DNA of 64,000 nucleotides from Vicugna vicugna (taxonomy: Eukaryota). The stretch is from contig MU057744.1 of assembly GCA_013265495.1 (NCBI GenBank), forward strand, positions 1,825,524 to 1,889,523, in the 5' to 3' direction. The position numbers and the translations under genes were made by a program. The notes beneath the pieces are model-generated. The model saw only the letters and a list, made by a program, of their open reading frames with translations. It ran no database searches and was not told where the DNA came from. Positions 50,140 to 63,016 of the stretch are shown one piece after another. Within the stretch, counting starts at the first letter, position 1, and each line of letters opens with the position of its first letter.

Positions 50140-50904
50140 GTTTGTACATTTTATTTTGTTTTTTTGCTTATCCATGTCTAACAAGAGAATATACACAATT
50201 ACGAAATATATCAAGATAGAATTTTAGACTTAAAAGCATGAACCAGAGTTCGTTTCTGTCGTACACTTTCACATACTAAGCCACGGGAGAAGCGAGGTCA
50301 GAGCTCTGGACAGTAAGTGAATCCTTCCCGCAGTTGTGAGAAGACAGGTTTCATTCTTAAAATGCCGAAGTTGACATGCTAAGGAAGCCCTCTGGTTGCC
50401 GAGGCTGTCATTGTAAATCACTGAGTACTCTACGATGTGCTCTTAAAGATAAGAAGTTGGTTATATTTTATCTTACTGTTGGCTCTTAAAGACGTTTATA
50501 AATACTGACCTCTTAGATTAACTACTGTTTGTGTGAGGAGAAGTAAATTTCATTGCAGCCAATTAGAATTTGTAAGAAACTCAAGAATTCAGTTATCCTT
50601 TGACTAAGCTAATATTTCGGAATCGTGGACTCAATGCATAATTTGTTGAATTCTGATTATTAGCTTTCAGGATTGGCAAGCCCTAAGATACTGGGATGTA
50701 TTAGTCAATCATAAATAATTGTCAGATGCCCAAATACAACTGAATCTGCTAGATGTGCTTGCAAATCAGTCTGTGTAGCTACTTGCCAGTTTTATCTAAA
50801 GAAATGTTACATTTGGAAGTATGGCTTATATTTCCAGAGTATTTCTTGAATCCCTCTCCACTGGGTTGTGTAATGAGATGCTTTTTTTCCCACAAATTAT
50901 TTAG

Positions 50905-50982
50905 GTTTCTGTGGATGCCGCCCATGGGTACAGCCCCCGAGCCATCGACATGAGCAATGTTACACTGTCTCGAGATCTGCAT
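50905..50982 (+). CDS. RYR2: RYR2 exon 57 (78 nt; VSVDAAHGYSPRAIDMSNVTLSRDLH); CaMKII site S2814 at 50908-50910
   Basis: tatttag|GTT TCT ... CTG CAT|gtaagt; read manually. Confidence 0.96.
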
Positions 50983-52154
50983 GTAAGTAATTTTAACTTT
51001 GAAAAATATTCGGCAAATTTCATTTAAAAAAACTATGCTGTAACACTTCCCTACATAGATGTAACAGCATGAATTGCTTGAATGTGGTGACCCTATAAAG
51101 GGTCCATGGAATTTACAGACTATGAACCCTAGTCCCTTAATTCTGTGAAAGGTGATAGAACTTTTTCTGGGGTGTTTCCTCCAAATAACATTTTCTTGAA
51201 AGATCATACCTGCGTAAAAGTCCCCATGTGATTAAGTATCTGTATGTGAGAAGAGGCTGGACCAGTAATTTGTTATGCTCTGCCTGGATCACCTTAATGA
51301 CTCCTTTAGTAAGATGTATTTTAAGTTGTCTATCCAGGGAAACCAATGGCATTTTGCTTCCTCCAGCCCTAGTTTTATCTGTTCTCCTTTGTCACGAAGG
51401 AATCCACTTTGAAACTGACTTGAGTGAAGGATAAAACGTATTGGCATGGAACATGAGTCAATGGGTCAGTAGAAAGAGCAGACTGTGACACTGGCAGTGT
51501 TAGTATATTATTCCAAGAGAACTAAGTATATGAAGATCACGATCTGTGGGTTATTAAACTGTGTGGCTTGCCCTTTGTCATTGCTCTGGGATGAATGTAT
51601 TAAAATGACACAGTAAACGTGAAAGTCACCAGTGAAAGGAATCTTAAAGACACTCCTATCAAAATCCAAAGGCTACAAGCATTGGTGAGGCTCCTCCCAG
51701 GTCCCTCACCTAGTTTGGGGCAGACCTTGGTGTAGCCTGTCCCTCTGGTGTTCTTTGCATTCATTGTTCAGTAAGGATTATGTCATCCTTTAAAGCTTTG
51801 GAAACTAAAATAAGAAGTTGTGAATAAAAATATTTTCAAAATCCATAGCTGATTTGAAGTTTCATTATTAAGTCAGTAAAATATGTGTCTTTACACATTA
51901 TGAACAATGACCATTCCCATCAAATCACCCCTGCAGTTTACTGCTCTGTAATTTCACAAATCATTAGAACCCCCTGAAATTCAGATTCCAAATAAGAAGT
52001 AGCTGTGTTTAGTGACCTTCTGATGTATTTTAGCACTAACACTCAGATTTATTCATTTAAGCATGTTTTGATGTTAGCCTGTTGGAAAATGAAGTTATCC
52101 TTTTCTAGTATCCTTTTCGAGTGACTTAGTTGCTACGTATTTTGTTAACTTAAG

Positions 52155-52230
52155 GCGATGGCAGAAATGATGGCTGAAAACTACCATAATACATGGGCGA
52201 AGAAAAAGAAGCTGGAGCTGGAGGCCAAAG
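52155..52230 (+). CDS. RYR2: RYR2 exon 58 (76 nt; [25 protein letters not shown]), RyR repeat 4
   Basis: acttaag|GCG ATG ... AAA G|gtaaga; read manually. Confidence 0.96.
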
Positions 52231-55200
52231 GTAAGATTTTCTAAAAATCTTTGTTAAAAAACAGCGCGAGTTTGACGACATGAGTATGTGCTGAGGATAC
52301 AGTGGTCTTTTTAGCGCGAGACCGCTTCCTGCCGTTCTTGGAGTGGTTCAGCTACGGCTGTGACGGCCTCAGGGTGGAAAGTCCAGTTTCCTGACTGCTG
52401 GTGCATATTTCCTCATGCCTCAGGATCTTCATGGCGCCCTCTTGCCCTCTGCAGCGTGTAGGTGTCTGTACTTCTTTTCCTCGTACCCGAGGTGTCCTGT
52501 TCATTACCTGGACCTCCCTCACTGATTTCCAGCCCTGCTGAAATACTTCTCTTACTCCTTTCCTTCAATCTCCGGCCCCGGCCTCTTTGTTTTACTCAGT
52601 CCAGTTATGTTATTGTCTCTTACATGCTTTTGCTTGCTCTTTTCTGCTGATTTTTAATACTAAAATGACCTAATATTCTCTTAGTCATTTCTTAAATCTT
52701 TTCTTAATTTATTAAGAAAAGTATTTTTCTGAATATAAATATATGTTTGCATAGTTTCTTCAATTTAATGCATCCTGTACTGATGATCTCCTTCGTTGTT
52801 ATGTATTCAGCATTAGTTTATACACACGTTGTTTATAGCGTGTGTGCACGTGTGCGTGTGAGTGTGGGCGCTCTTTAGTTACTTCCTATGTGGGTTTCTT
52901 TCCCCCCATGAGAATGTAACTCGAGTTCAGGGCACAACTATTAATTTTGTCATCCTTATTGTATGGTTCTGGGCACCAGGAAGCTCTCTCTTTCTTACTT
53001 ACTGATACAGGTAAGAACGTAGAGGGAGGTAATTTTGAAGGGTGGGGATATTTCGTAATGAAAGGAATGGCTGTAGTGTTGGAGGATGGTACCAGACAGC
53101 AAGCACTAGGAAACAGAGTAACACAAATTAGAACTGGTCACAGAAACAGAGGGGGTTCCATGTACCAAGACCGCCTATTCCCGAATTTGGCTCAGGGCTA
53201 GGCCTGTTTTTCTAGAAACACTCCATAAATGTTTGGAAAATGAGTGATCAGTTGTTTGGCCGGCTGACGGATGGATGCATGGGTGGGAGGGTGGGTGGGT
53301 AGCTGAGTCACGGAGTCGTAGGTTCTTTGCTTAGTGACACTCTCGAAGGGGCATTGTCCGCATGATTAGTAGACAGTCACTGTTGGTTGCATGAGCAGAC
53401 TGCATGAGGAAATCCTGCTCTTTTCCTCCAAGTATGTTTTAGGCACTGTGGTTTGAGTAAAATTAAAAGTAAGAAGCAGTTATCCTACTATTTCTCTTGT
53501 AAATAAGTGTGCTAGAAAATCATCATGATTCTTTAATTTCTGGGCCAGCCATTAGGTGACCTGCAGTCAGAGTTCCCAGTGAAGCACATGGCTCATCAAT
53601 GCGGCATCCACACCTCTGCATCCGGCTTGCGTTGGTCCAAGTTCATACCGTGTTCATAGTGGGGGGGACAGCACAGTTGCAGCAGGCTGAGCAGTGAGGT
53701 GGTGAAATGAGAGACTGAGTTGTTTGACACTAAAACAGCTGGCCCCTGAGGAAGGTGTTGAAATATACAACCCTGAATCTCGGCTTTTACATTACCAGCA
53801 GAGGAGAGAAATGAGTCTTGGAGTCAGAGACAGGCTGGAGACGGTAGACGGTTTCAGGACAGAAACCACAGGTGTCTTTTCTCCCCTGTGTTCTCTCCCT
53901 GAAGGCTTTGGCAGCCACCTCGTGTCCTTACGACTCTGCTCCTGCTTCCAAAAACGATCTGGGTGGGAGTGTGGGAGGTACCTGCTGCCTACCACGTGTC
54001 TTGGTACTGGTGGGGTTTGTGTGTGGTGAGAGAGGAGAGATGAGAAATGGCAGGAGAGAAGCCGGGGAGCAGGAAAAGGACACAACTTAGAGCCCTCGAG
54101 CCACTCCGACGCCTCGACAGACAAGAGCGTCCTGCTAAGGCTGCCCACTTAGGCTCCATCCCCGCCAGGCCCTTCTGTCACCCCGACATCTGTGTGCAGA
54201 AGGTGTCTCTGCTTTAGAAACGTCTGGAGAAAATCTCCTCCTCTGCTCTCCAGGTTGTCTGCCCTCCCATGCCCTCTCCATCCGCTTTAGGAATCTGGAC
54301 GAGTTTGGGGCATATCAGGCGGTTTAAGGAGTATATCATTAGTAGAATAAAGGAGTGAAAGTCCAGGAAATATTACCCATGCTCCCCGGTGAGTGAGGGA
54401 TGTGAAGACCTAGCCGTCCTTTTATCCATTTTTCCCGTGATCACACCACGTACTCTGGGCTGTGATGACCTGTCATGAAGACAAGGATGCTTCTGGTATC
54501 CAGCAGTTTGACCCTTTTGCATGAGTGAGTCCACAAGGCAGAGCTGTGCATTGGAGGCAGCAGGCATCCCAGGAATTGCTGCAAATGCATCTCCTCTCAG
54601 GTTGGTGGCTCCTTACCGCCCTTCCGTGCGTATGTCACCCGCAATCAGATTGTACATGAGCTAAGAGAGGGCTAAGAGATCAAGGTCGTCGCCTGCCGTT
54701 AAGTGGCAGAGCTGAGGACATCTTTTTCCAGTCTGCTGGCCGACTTCCAGGTGCCCACCTGTCTGGTTCAGAAGGGCTTTAAACTCAGAGGGTACTTTGC
54801 GTTCTTAGGATTTTTAAAGTTTAGGCTTTATCCTCTCTCTGTCTCTTTCTCACTCTCCCCGCTGCCCTTTGCCTATTAGTGTCTGACCCCGAATCATCGT
54901 GGGTTACAAATTTAGTTGCCAGTTTCTCTAGGACTAAACGCCGTAGTGGAATTCAAAATGGGTAATGATTGCAAGGTGATTATGTGTTTTATAATTTTTT
55001 TTCATGAACTATGCTGTTAAATTATACCTGTGATTATGAAAAAAGTCAGATTTATTCCCAGCGGATTTAGTAATCAAGTCTCTGTCCTCCTTGCCGCTCA
55101 CAGACTCTTAGTATTACCTTCTGGCAGTTGGGTTACACTGACAGTTGTGTTCTGTTCTAATTGTGTTTTTGTATCAAAAATGACTGATGGCTCCTTAGGG

Positions 55201-56459
55201 TGCCCTATCGGTGTGGGAGCTCCTGACTGTCCCTGTGTGTTTGTGATGGAAGAGTGTCACCTAACGGCTGTGAGATTCAGGGCCTGCTTGCATCTCTGTA
55301 GATGGCACTCAGTCAAGGCAAGCGCTAGGAAAACGTGGCATTTTCTCCTTTGTCTTTTTTGTTTGCTTGCTCCCTACGCAGGCCGGATTCAACGTTTATG
55401 ATTGTTTTGGGAGCCCCTGGCTTAACCCCGTTGGACACGGATTTAACAGGGTCTGTGCTGTCATCATAATTCAAACAAAACAGTTATTTTCAATTTTTTT
55501 TTTTCTAGAGTTCCCTTAGTAGTTTTATTTCAGGGAATTTCAGCATCTCATGTAAAATATATTCCTGTGCATGTTTTATAAACTCTAAATTTGGGGCCTG
55601 CCAAGCTATTCATTTTGCTGCTGCTTTAATAGGATTCCTTGTATCAGATCTTTATATCTGGAATTACCAGTGCATTTTTTTGGAAATTTTTATAATTTTT
55701 ATAAAAGCTTTTACAAAATTTATAATTTTATAAATGCTTTTTATCTTTATTAGTTTTTAAAAATCTAAATACTTTCTATAATTTTTAAATCTAAAGAATA
55801 TTTTAAATACTTCTTACTAGAAACCTAGATTCTTGCCAAATTTTTAAATCAATTACGTGCATATGTTACTTCTATTAGATAGTTAACAGAACTAACTCTT
55901 AAAGAAGACAAAATAGAACTCTCTCAAATATCTAATAAAAGTAACGCATGTACTTGATTGATTAAAAAATTTGGCAGCCTGAGTATGAGTTTTGTGTATT
56001 TGGAAATTTGTGACTACAGAGTACTCTGTGATCTGTTAGGCGCAGTAAAACTTCCAGACTTAAGACATTTTTTTCTCTTCTCTCTGTGGGGCAGAAAAAC
56101 GAAGCACGTTGTGTGAAACACGCCTTATAATTTTATTAGATCCAGCTGTGCGTGTTTCAGTGCTGATTTACACTCTGTGCTGGGTTCCTTTCTTGGGTGA
56201 TTGCAGAGTCATTGGCACTCGATGTTACAAACGCCTGCATGTTCACGTTTTAATTGCCTCTTGAAAGGCATGTGCGCAGTCTTTGAACAGGTTTCCTAGA
56301 TTAACTGGAGCAGTAAACTCACTAGAGAGGGAAGCGTCCTCTGTGTTCTGTGTCTGATTAGAGGAACTGGAAGTTCTGTAGCGCGGTCCTATTCTACATG
56401 CAGCCGTTTCTCATTTCAGATCATTCTTTAAGTTTCTAATTACTAAGTTAAATTTCTAA

Positions 56460-56633
<174 letters not shown>

Positions 56634-57100
56634 TAAGGCACACCTGCTCCAGGTACACGTTCTCTTATGAGCCTGAATATTTAAACATCCTGTCATATGT
56701 AATGCTGCTAGTGCACCCACTCGTATCTGTTTAAGTCTTAGAGCTACTGTTTAGTGTGTTCAGAATCCACATGACTGAGTTCCTTACACTCCTTATGCTA
56801 AGCCGCCGTCCATCACTCTGGAAACTCCCTAGGCAAAAATGACTCACTGCTTTTCTAAACACACATCTTATTGCATAGTGAGTTACTTAGTACAGTTTTA
56901 TGTCAGATGCAAAGTGTTCCTTAAAAATTAAATCTCATTTTTGTTTTTAGCAACAAGAATATTAGCTAGCCTTCCAAATCTATCTATATTTATATTGCTG
57001 TATATAAAAGGTTAAATACACCTCCGTATATAGATATTTAACAAGACTTCCCATAGTCTTTGTAGACGTTGGTTTCCATTTTTCATTTTTGCTGTTCTAG

Positions 57101-57216
57101 AGGCTTCAAGGACCTGGAATTGGACACACCTTCTATTGAGAAACGATTTGCCTATAGTTTCCTTCAGCAACTGATTCGCTATGTGGATGAAGCCCATCAG
57201 TATATCCTGGAGTTCG
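57101..57216 (+). CDS. RYR2: RYR2 exon 60 (116 nt; GFKDLELDTP...QYILEF)
   Basis: gttctag|A GGC ... TTC G|gtaggt. Confidence 0.96.
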
Positions 57217-59803
57217 GTAGGTACCGTAGTCCTATGGCTGACAGCCCAGTTTTGTTATTCTTGACACGTACAGCCTCAGGGTGTAGAACAGCATAGACCC
57301 GGGGCTGCTTATGGTGTGTCCCCACACGGTGTGCACCCTCTCTGTCGTCCCAGTGCTGACTTCAGTATGGAAGACAAGAGGCAGACTCATTTTTAAGGAT
57401 GGGTAGATTTTTAGAACTCTAAAAGAAAGTCTAACATAACTTTTTTCTCCTTAAAATGTTTATTGGCATTGATTTTTTTCATTTTGAAAGAGACATTGGA
57501 TGGACATCAACATTTAAGGTACAGTTAAATCTTTCCTTATGAAATTAATTGCTCTGCTCTTAAAAACAAAACAAACAGACAAAAAACCCTAAAGTCAAAC
57601 TCTGTGGTTTCCCAAATTTCTAGGCACTGTAAAGGCCTTGAGGTTAGTCTGTGTAGACACTCCAGTATACACATTTGTACTGGAGTTTTGTACTGGAGTG
57701 TCTGCAGTGCGGAATACTTTATTGTCCTCTTAGGGTAAAAGGGAAGACCTCATCCCCAGCAGGCTCAGTGCCAATTAAGTACAAAAAGGACTCTATTTCA
57801 AGCCTTAGATTCAGAACAGATCATCAAAGCAGCCAGCCTCCTCTCACTTCTCTTACTTTGTAATTGTCCTCGGCATCACTGAATTAAAATTCAAGTTGTT
57901 AATTCCTCACCTTCCTGTCAAGTCACCTTGCAGCCACTGGCTGGTGTTCAGATGTAAAGTTTGATCCTTTTTGAAAACCAGTGTGCTCCGCAGGTGGTGA
58001 GCTTCTTCCTTTCTTTTCCACTTGGAGGTTCTGTTTCTGTTTTTTTTTTTTTAACTTTTTAACCTTCATTCTTTCTGTTTTCAGCCCCTTCCCTCAGGGC
58101 CCATAGTCCCAGGTCCATTAGCAACGCATCAGCAGCAACGCCTCCCCCCCCAGCCAAGGGCTCTTTGTGCTGCACTTTTCTTCAGATTTATACTTAGTTT
58201 TCAGCGCAGCATCAGATTAAAGTTTATGGAAATTCAAGCTTTTGTATTTTCCTGTTCTTGGCCCCTCGTATCCCAAATATGATTAACGATTTTCTGCTGG
58301 AGTGTCGTGCTCTTAAACCTCCCTCTTTCAACCTGCCCCTTTATCTACAGTCCAAATGCTGTGTTTTCACTCTCTTCTTAACTGTCTTTTCCACAAAGGT
58401 CAATGATACAAACTAACTTACCATGTGCAGTCTCTTTGTAACTCATCCCACAATATTTTTTTAAAAATACGGTAGTCATCCTGACTTGTAGCCAAATTAG
58501 TCCGAATGGAATTTGAACAAAAAAGAAGAATGAGGCCCTGGTGAGTTTTTGAAGCTTTTATGTACAAAGTTAAATATTGAAATTTCGAATCCCCATTGTA
58601 AGTATCTGAATGCATAGCAGCTCTGGGGTTCAGCCTTCTTTTTGGCAAGAGAGAGAAGAGGGAAAAAGTGATCATTTGGAGAAGGGAACAAGGCAAAGAA
58701 AAACATTTTTCTTTAACCTTTGTTTGGATGGCAGAGACACAACTTTGAAGGGGAAAATGTGGTTAGGCCTTAATCACCCTGTATTTAAGTTTCTGAATAA
58801 ACCTCCGGGGACAGTGTCGGTGCACAGGGAGTGGCGAGAAGCTCACTACAGGCAGCTTTCACCCGCTTCACACGTTGGCTTTCTACAGGGTAGAGAAGAT
58901 CTTACAAACAAATTCTGGGGAGAAAGGAAGGCTAGATTAATATAGAGCCCAACAAAATTAGCTGTTTTTTCAAACAGCTGCTGACGTTCCCTGTGTGTTT
59001 TTCAGATGGTTTTGACGGGCAGTTAAATGTGTACAAGACATCAACTAGAGAAGCAAGTACAGCTGAGGCTGTTTAACTGTCATTTACTTTAGTTTTCATT
59101 TTTCACTGTTAACTAAAAAATAAAACCTCTACAACACCTCCTTCTTTCATCTTTTACTTTATCGCCTTTACAGCTCATCTTTAGTGTATTCATTTTTAGA
59201 CACAGGCTAATGGTGACAGTGAAGGTAGGCATACGCCTCTTTCTAATTTTTGTGTTTTATCATAGACCATACGGTCTATTCTCTCCGAAAGTTCTCACAT
59301 TTTCCACATAAGCATTATTCTTAAAATGTATAAAGAAGGGAAAGATATTTCCTACTTAATTCTTTGGCATTTTAGCAGCCTTAGCTAGGTACAAAGTTCT
59401 GTCTGAATAGAATGTATACGAGAAAGCCCCTTAGATGGATCCAGGCATTTCGCATGATGATGCTTGAGAGAGATTAATGCCCAAATGTTGAAAAATGAAA
59501 TGTGCCAGGGTTCAAAAGCCATTACTCTCTTCTACTTATTCATGGGAAGAGCACTGTCTGAATTTATAAAATATTACCTAAGTTCTCAAAAAATTATCCT
59601 AAATTTATATCTAAGACTTTATAAAGCATATTTCAAGTTGTTTTTATTTCTGTTTGCAGTAGAACTTGTTCAAACAAGTCAATTTGATTCTTAAAAGATA
59701 TGAAAGCTCTGCTTACACATTTTTCTAAAACTTTGTATCCAGTTCTGAAATTTTTAGCTCTCCAGTCTGTTCTGCATATCTTCATGGTTATTATGGTTTG
59801 CTC

Positions 59804-59843
59804 CCTCTTCTGTATGCATGAAGCCTCCTCTGTATGCATGAGG
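59804..59843. repeat. 20-bp tandem duplication, each unit containing TGCATG
   Basis: cctcttctgtatgcatgaag / cctcctctgtatgcatgagg. Confidence 0.85.
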
Positions 59844-60541
59844 GCGCCAAGAAAGGCTACCTTCTAAGCTAAACACATTAGGTCAATCAGTTCTTAACCT
59901 TGAATTCATTGTCTGCACCACAGGGAAAATTCAGGTGTTTGCGCTTTGCTTAGGGAAATTCTCTTTTGACACCAGTGAATTTCTCTGTTCTTTAGCAGAA
60001 TGTTAATTTTCCAGCCTAGTGTCACAGTTGTGAGCCTTGCTCTTGCCACAGGCGCTGGCTTCCTGCAATTTTTCCGTTGGTCTATTAATACTGAAAGCTT
60101 GAACTTTCAGTCACACCAAGAAGTAACTGTCTTTATTAGAGGCCAGTGTTCAAATCTAAAATTATGCTTACTTACCTTACACTCACCTTTCCCAGCCCAG
60201 TGGGCTCCTTTCTAACTGAAAGACGGTGTGAGATTTGACTGCGGAGAAGGTGGGATTTTGCTTTATTCCAGTTTTCCCCCTGCATGTCAGTCAGATCTCA
60301 GAGCTACACAGGACGGTTGTGCTCACAGCCACGTGTGGGCTGTCTCAAGAGCTTTTTTATTTTGATTTGGATATTTTGTAATCTTTCTTTAATCACACTG
60401 CTGAAGTTAACCTCTGTGTTTTTATGTTCAGTTTAGTGGGATAGCTCGCATAGCGGTGTGCCCTAAGCGGTGCATTGGGGTGAGTGAATGTCTTGTGATT
60501 TTTGAAGTGCAACGTGATCCTAAAACTCTTCATGTCCACAG

Positions 60542-60606
60542 ATGGTGGCAGCAGAAGCAAAGGAGAACATTTCCCTTATGAGCAAGAAATCAAGTTCTTT
60601 GCTAAA
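60542..60606 (+). CDS. RYR2: RYR2 exon 61 (65 nt; DGGSRSKGEHFPYEQEIKFFAK)
   Basis: tccacag|AT GGT ... GCT AAA|gtacag; read manually. Confidence 0.95.
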
Positions 60607-61894
60607 GTACAGTATACAATCCATCTTGTTTTTGCTTCAATGTGTTTGTTCCCAGAATGTGCTCTCTAGACCATTGCCCTTTGCAGGATGCGCTTGTCTC
60701 CAGGTGTGAGTTCCACTCTGAGTAAACGCTCTGTGGCACGGAGATAACTGCATGCATCATGTGGGTAACTCATTTCTCAGATGTTTCTCAAGTGACTTCA
60801 TACTCTGTGAAGTCTGATTCAAAGTTCTCTTTTTTGGCTTTATCATATGACGTAGAAGAGAAATCTGTTTCATGACATTCGAATATTGTTATGGTTTAAA
60901 CATTTGAAATGAGTGTATCTTTTTTAAAGAAGAAAGGCACCAGTTAATTTATAAATGGCTACATTATGAGAACCTCTACTATAGACTCTTTATTGTGGAA
61001 ACTCAGTCCTACTCAGAAGAGGAAAAGTGAGGCTCAGAGAGGATAAATTGTTCAATATTTGGAGTATATCCCATGATTAGTGTTTATCCCATTGGATAAG
61101 AATTTATCAGGAATTTGCCGTACGTTCAGCCAGTAGGGAAGGAGGTGGAGAGCTGCGGAGTCCACGTGGTGGGTCCACTCACTCCCTCGGTGTTTGCTGC
61201 GTGCCCGGTCTGCGTCATGCATCGGGCTGCGTCCTGGGATTCACCACCACAAGGACAGAAGGCCCTTGGGAAGCTCTCCTGTTCACAACATGTTTTAGTT
61301 AACCTGAAGACCTAACGATTTCTGTCAGTTTCCTTTCAAAGTATTTGAATTTGGTGGTTTTAGATCATCTGCAAAATGACGTGTTATTTCCATTATGATT
61401 CATCCATTACGATTTGGCTGGTGTGTTTGCAGAATCCAGAATCCCTTCATTGTAAGGGAGACTTCTCTTTCCTTCCCATTCTGTGCAGCACCCAGAACCT
61501 GTGTCGGTCACCTGAAGCTTGTCCGGGGCTGCACGTTGCTGGCTACCTGTTCTGCTAGGATGTAATCCCCTTTGATAGCCAGTGATCAGAAGTGCTGTAC
61601 TCATGATCTGCAGTCACACGTTTAAAATACTCTCCTACTGCATCCCCTAGTGACTTTGTTTGCCGAAGCCTACTGTGGCTTGATTTGTACTGTCCATAGA
61701 TTCATTCATTCACGTATTTATTGAGTACCTAATATGTCAATCACTAAGTTCAGGTAATGTCACAACTTTCTAGGAAGAGACTTAAAAACTGTGTATTCCT
61801 ATTGTTAAAAAACATACAATGCCAACATTGTAGGGAAAAAATGTATTTAGACAGACTTGGGTCTAAATACTGGAAATGCCAACTGTTACTACTT

Positions 61895-62420
61895 TTTTCA
61901 TTTATTTATTCAACAGATATTTATCTAGTGCTTGTTCCAGGCCCGACAAAGTCCTAAGCACTGGTCAGCTGGTGGTAAACCAAACACAGGAAGCAGTGGT
62001 GGTGGAGGCTAGGAGAGGGCTGTAATGGGAAACAAACCCAGAAGTGTTTCTTTCTCTATTTCTGTATTCTCTGAGTGCCTTCAAATGCTTAGGGAGAGAG
62101 ACTAACTCAAAATCACACGTATGAAGTAGAAAATTGCAAATGGTATTAAGGAGAGCAGAGGATACGGGGAGTTTATCCAGTTGACAGGCCGCAAAGGCTG
62201 ATCTGATGAAGCGCCACTGCCCTGTGGCCTGCGGGAGGAGTGGTGGGAAGAGCATCTCAGACCGAGGGAACGGCACAGACGAAGCCTGTGGTGTGGGTGG
62301 ACAGGGTGAGAGGAGAAACTTGCCGAAGGCCAGAAGGCTGAGGGGACAGAACTGGGAGGTGGGCTTTGAGGAGGCCAGACAGAAGAACTTCTTGCAGGTA
62401 GGTAAGGGGCAGTGGGACTT
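61895..62420 (-). mobile_element. LINE-2 3' region (another L2 end at ~61700-61750)
   Basis: ttcatttatttattcaacagatatttatctagtgctt...gggaagagcatctcagaccgagggaacggcacagacgaagcctg. Confidence 0.65.
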
Positions 62421-62894
62421 CGTGCTCAGTCAGAGTGTGAGTTTGTAGTCGCTGCTTTTTACATCTCAGTTTCATGCCTAGAAAGCAGGGATGATGGCGC
62501 CTCCCATACAGAGTGGTTGCTGAGACACGTGCAATGGCTGCATGTCAGTCACTCACGTGTAGTGGAAACTCAGTACATGGTCATCATTGCTTATTTTGAA
62601 ACCTACTGGGGACCAAACTGCATTAGATGACAATTTAAGGGCATTTCATTTTGAGAAAATATTGAGACTAATTCTAAACCATTGAAAATTAGGTGTGTTT
62701 TCCATACTCACACACACACGTACTGCAGAGTGGAACTTGAGAGGCAGGCAGACTGGAGTGGAGCTGATGGCATGGCTGTGGCTGTTGGGGACTTGTTGCA
62801 TGTGGCCAGAACTCTGCTGTTGCAAAGACTCGGCACTCACCCATCCCCCGGAAGATTCCACTGTGTAGATCTGTTTTCTTTTCCTTTCTTTCAG

Positions 62895-63016
62895 GTCGTT
62901 CTTCCTTTAATTGATCAGTATTTCAAAAACCATCGTTTATACTTCTTATCTGCAGCAAGCAGACCTCTCTGTTCTGGAGGACATGCTTCAAACAAAGAGA
63001 AAGAAATGGTGACTAG
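62895..63016 (+). CDS. RYR2: RYR2 exon 62 (122 nt; [10 protein letters not shown]...KEMVTS)
   Basis: ctttcag|GTC GTT ... ACT AG|gtaaac. Confidence 0.97.
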
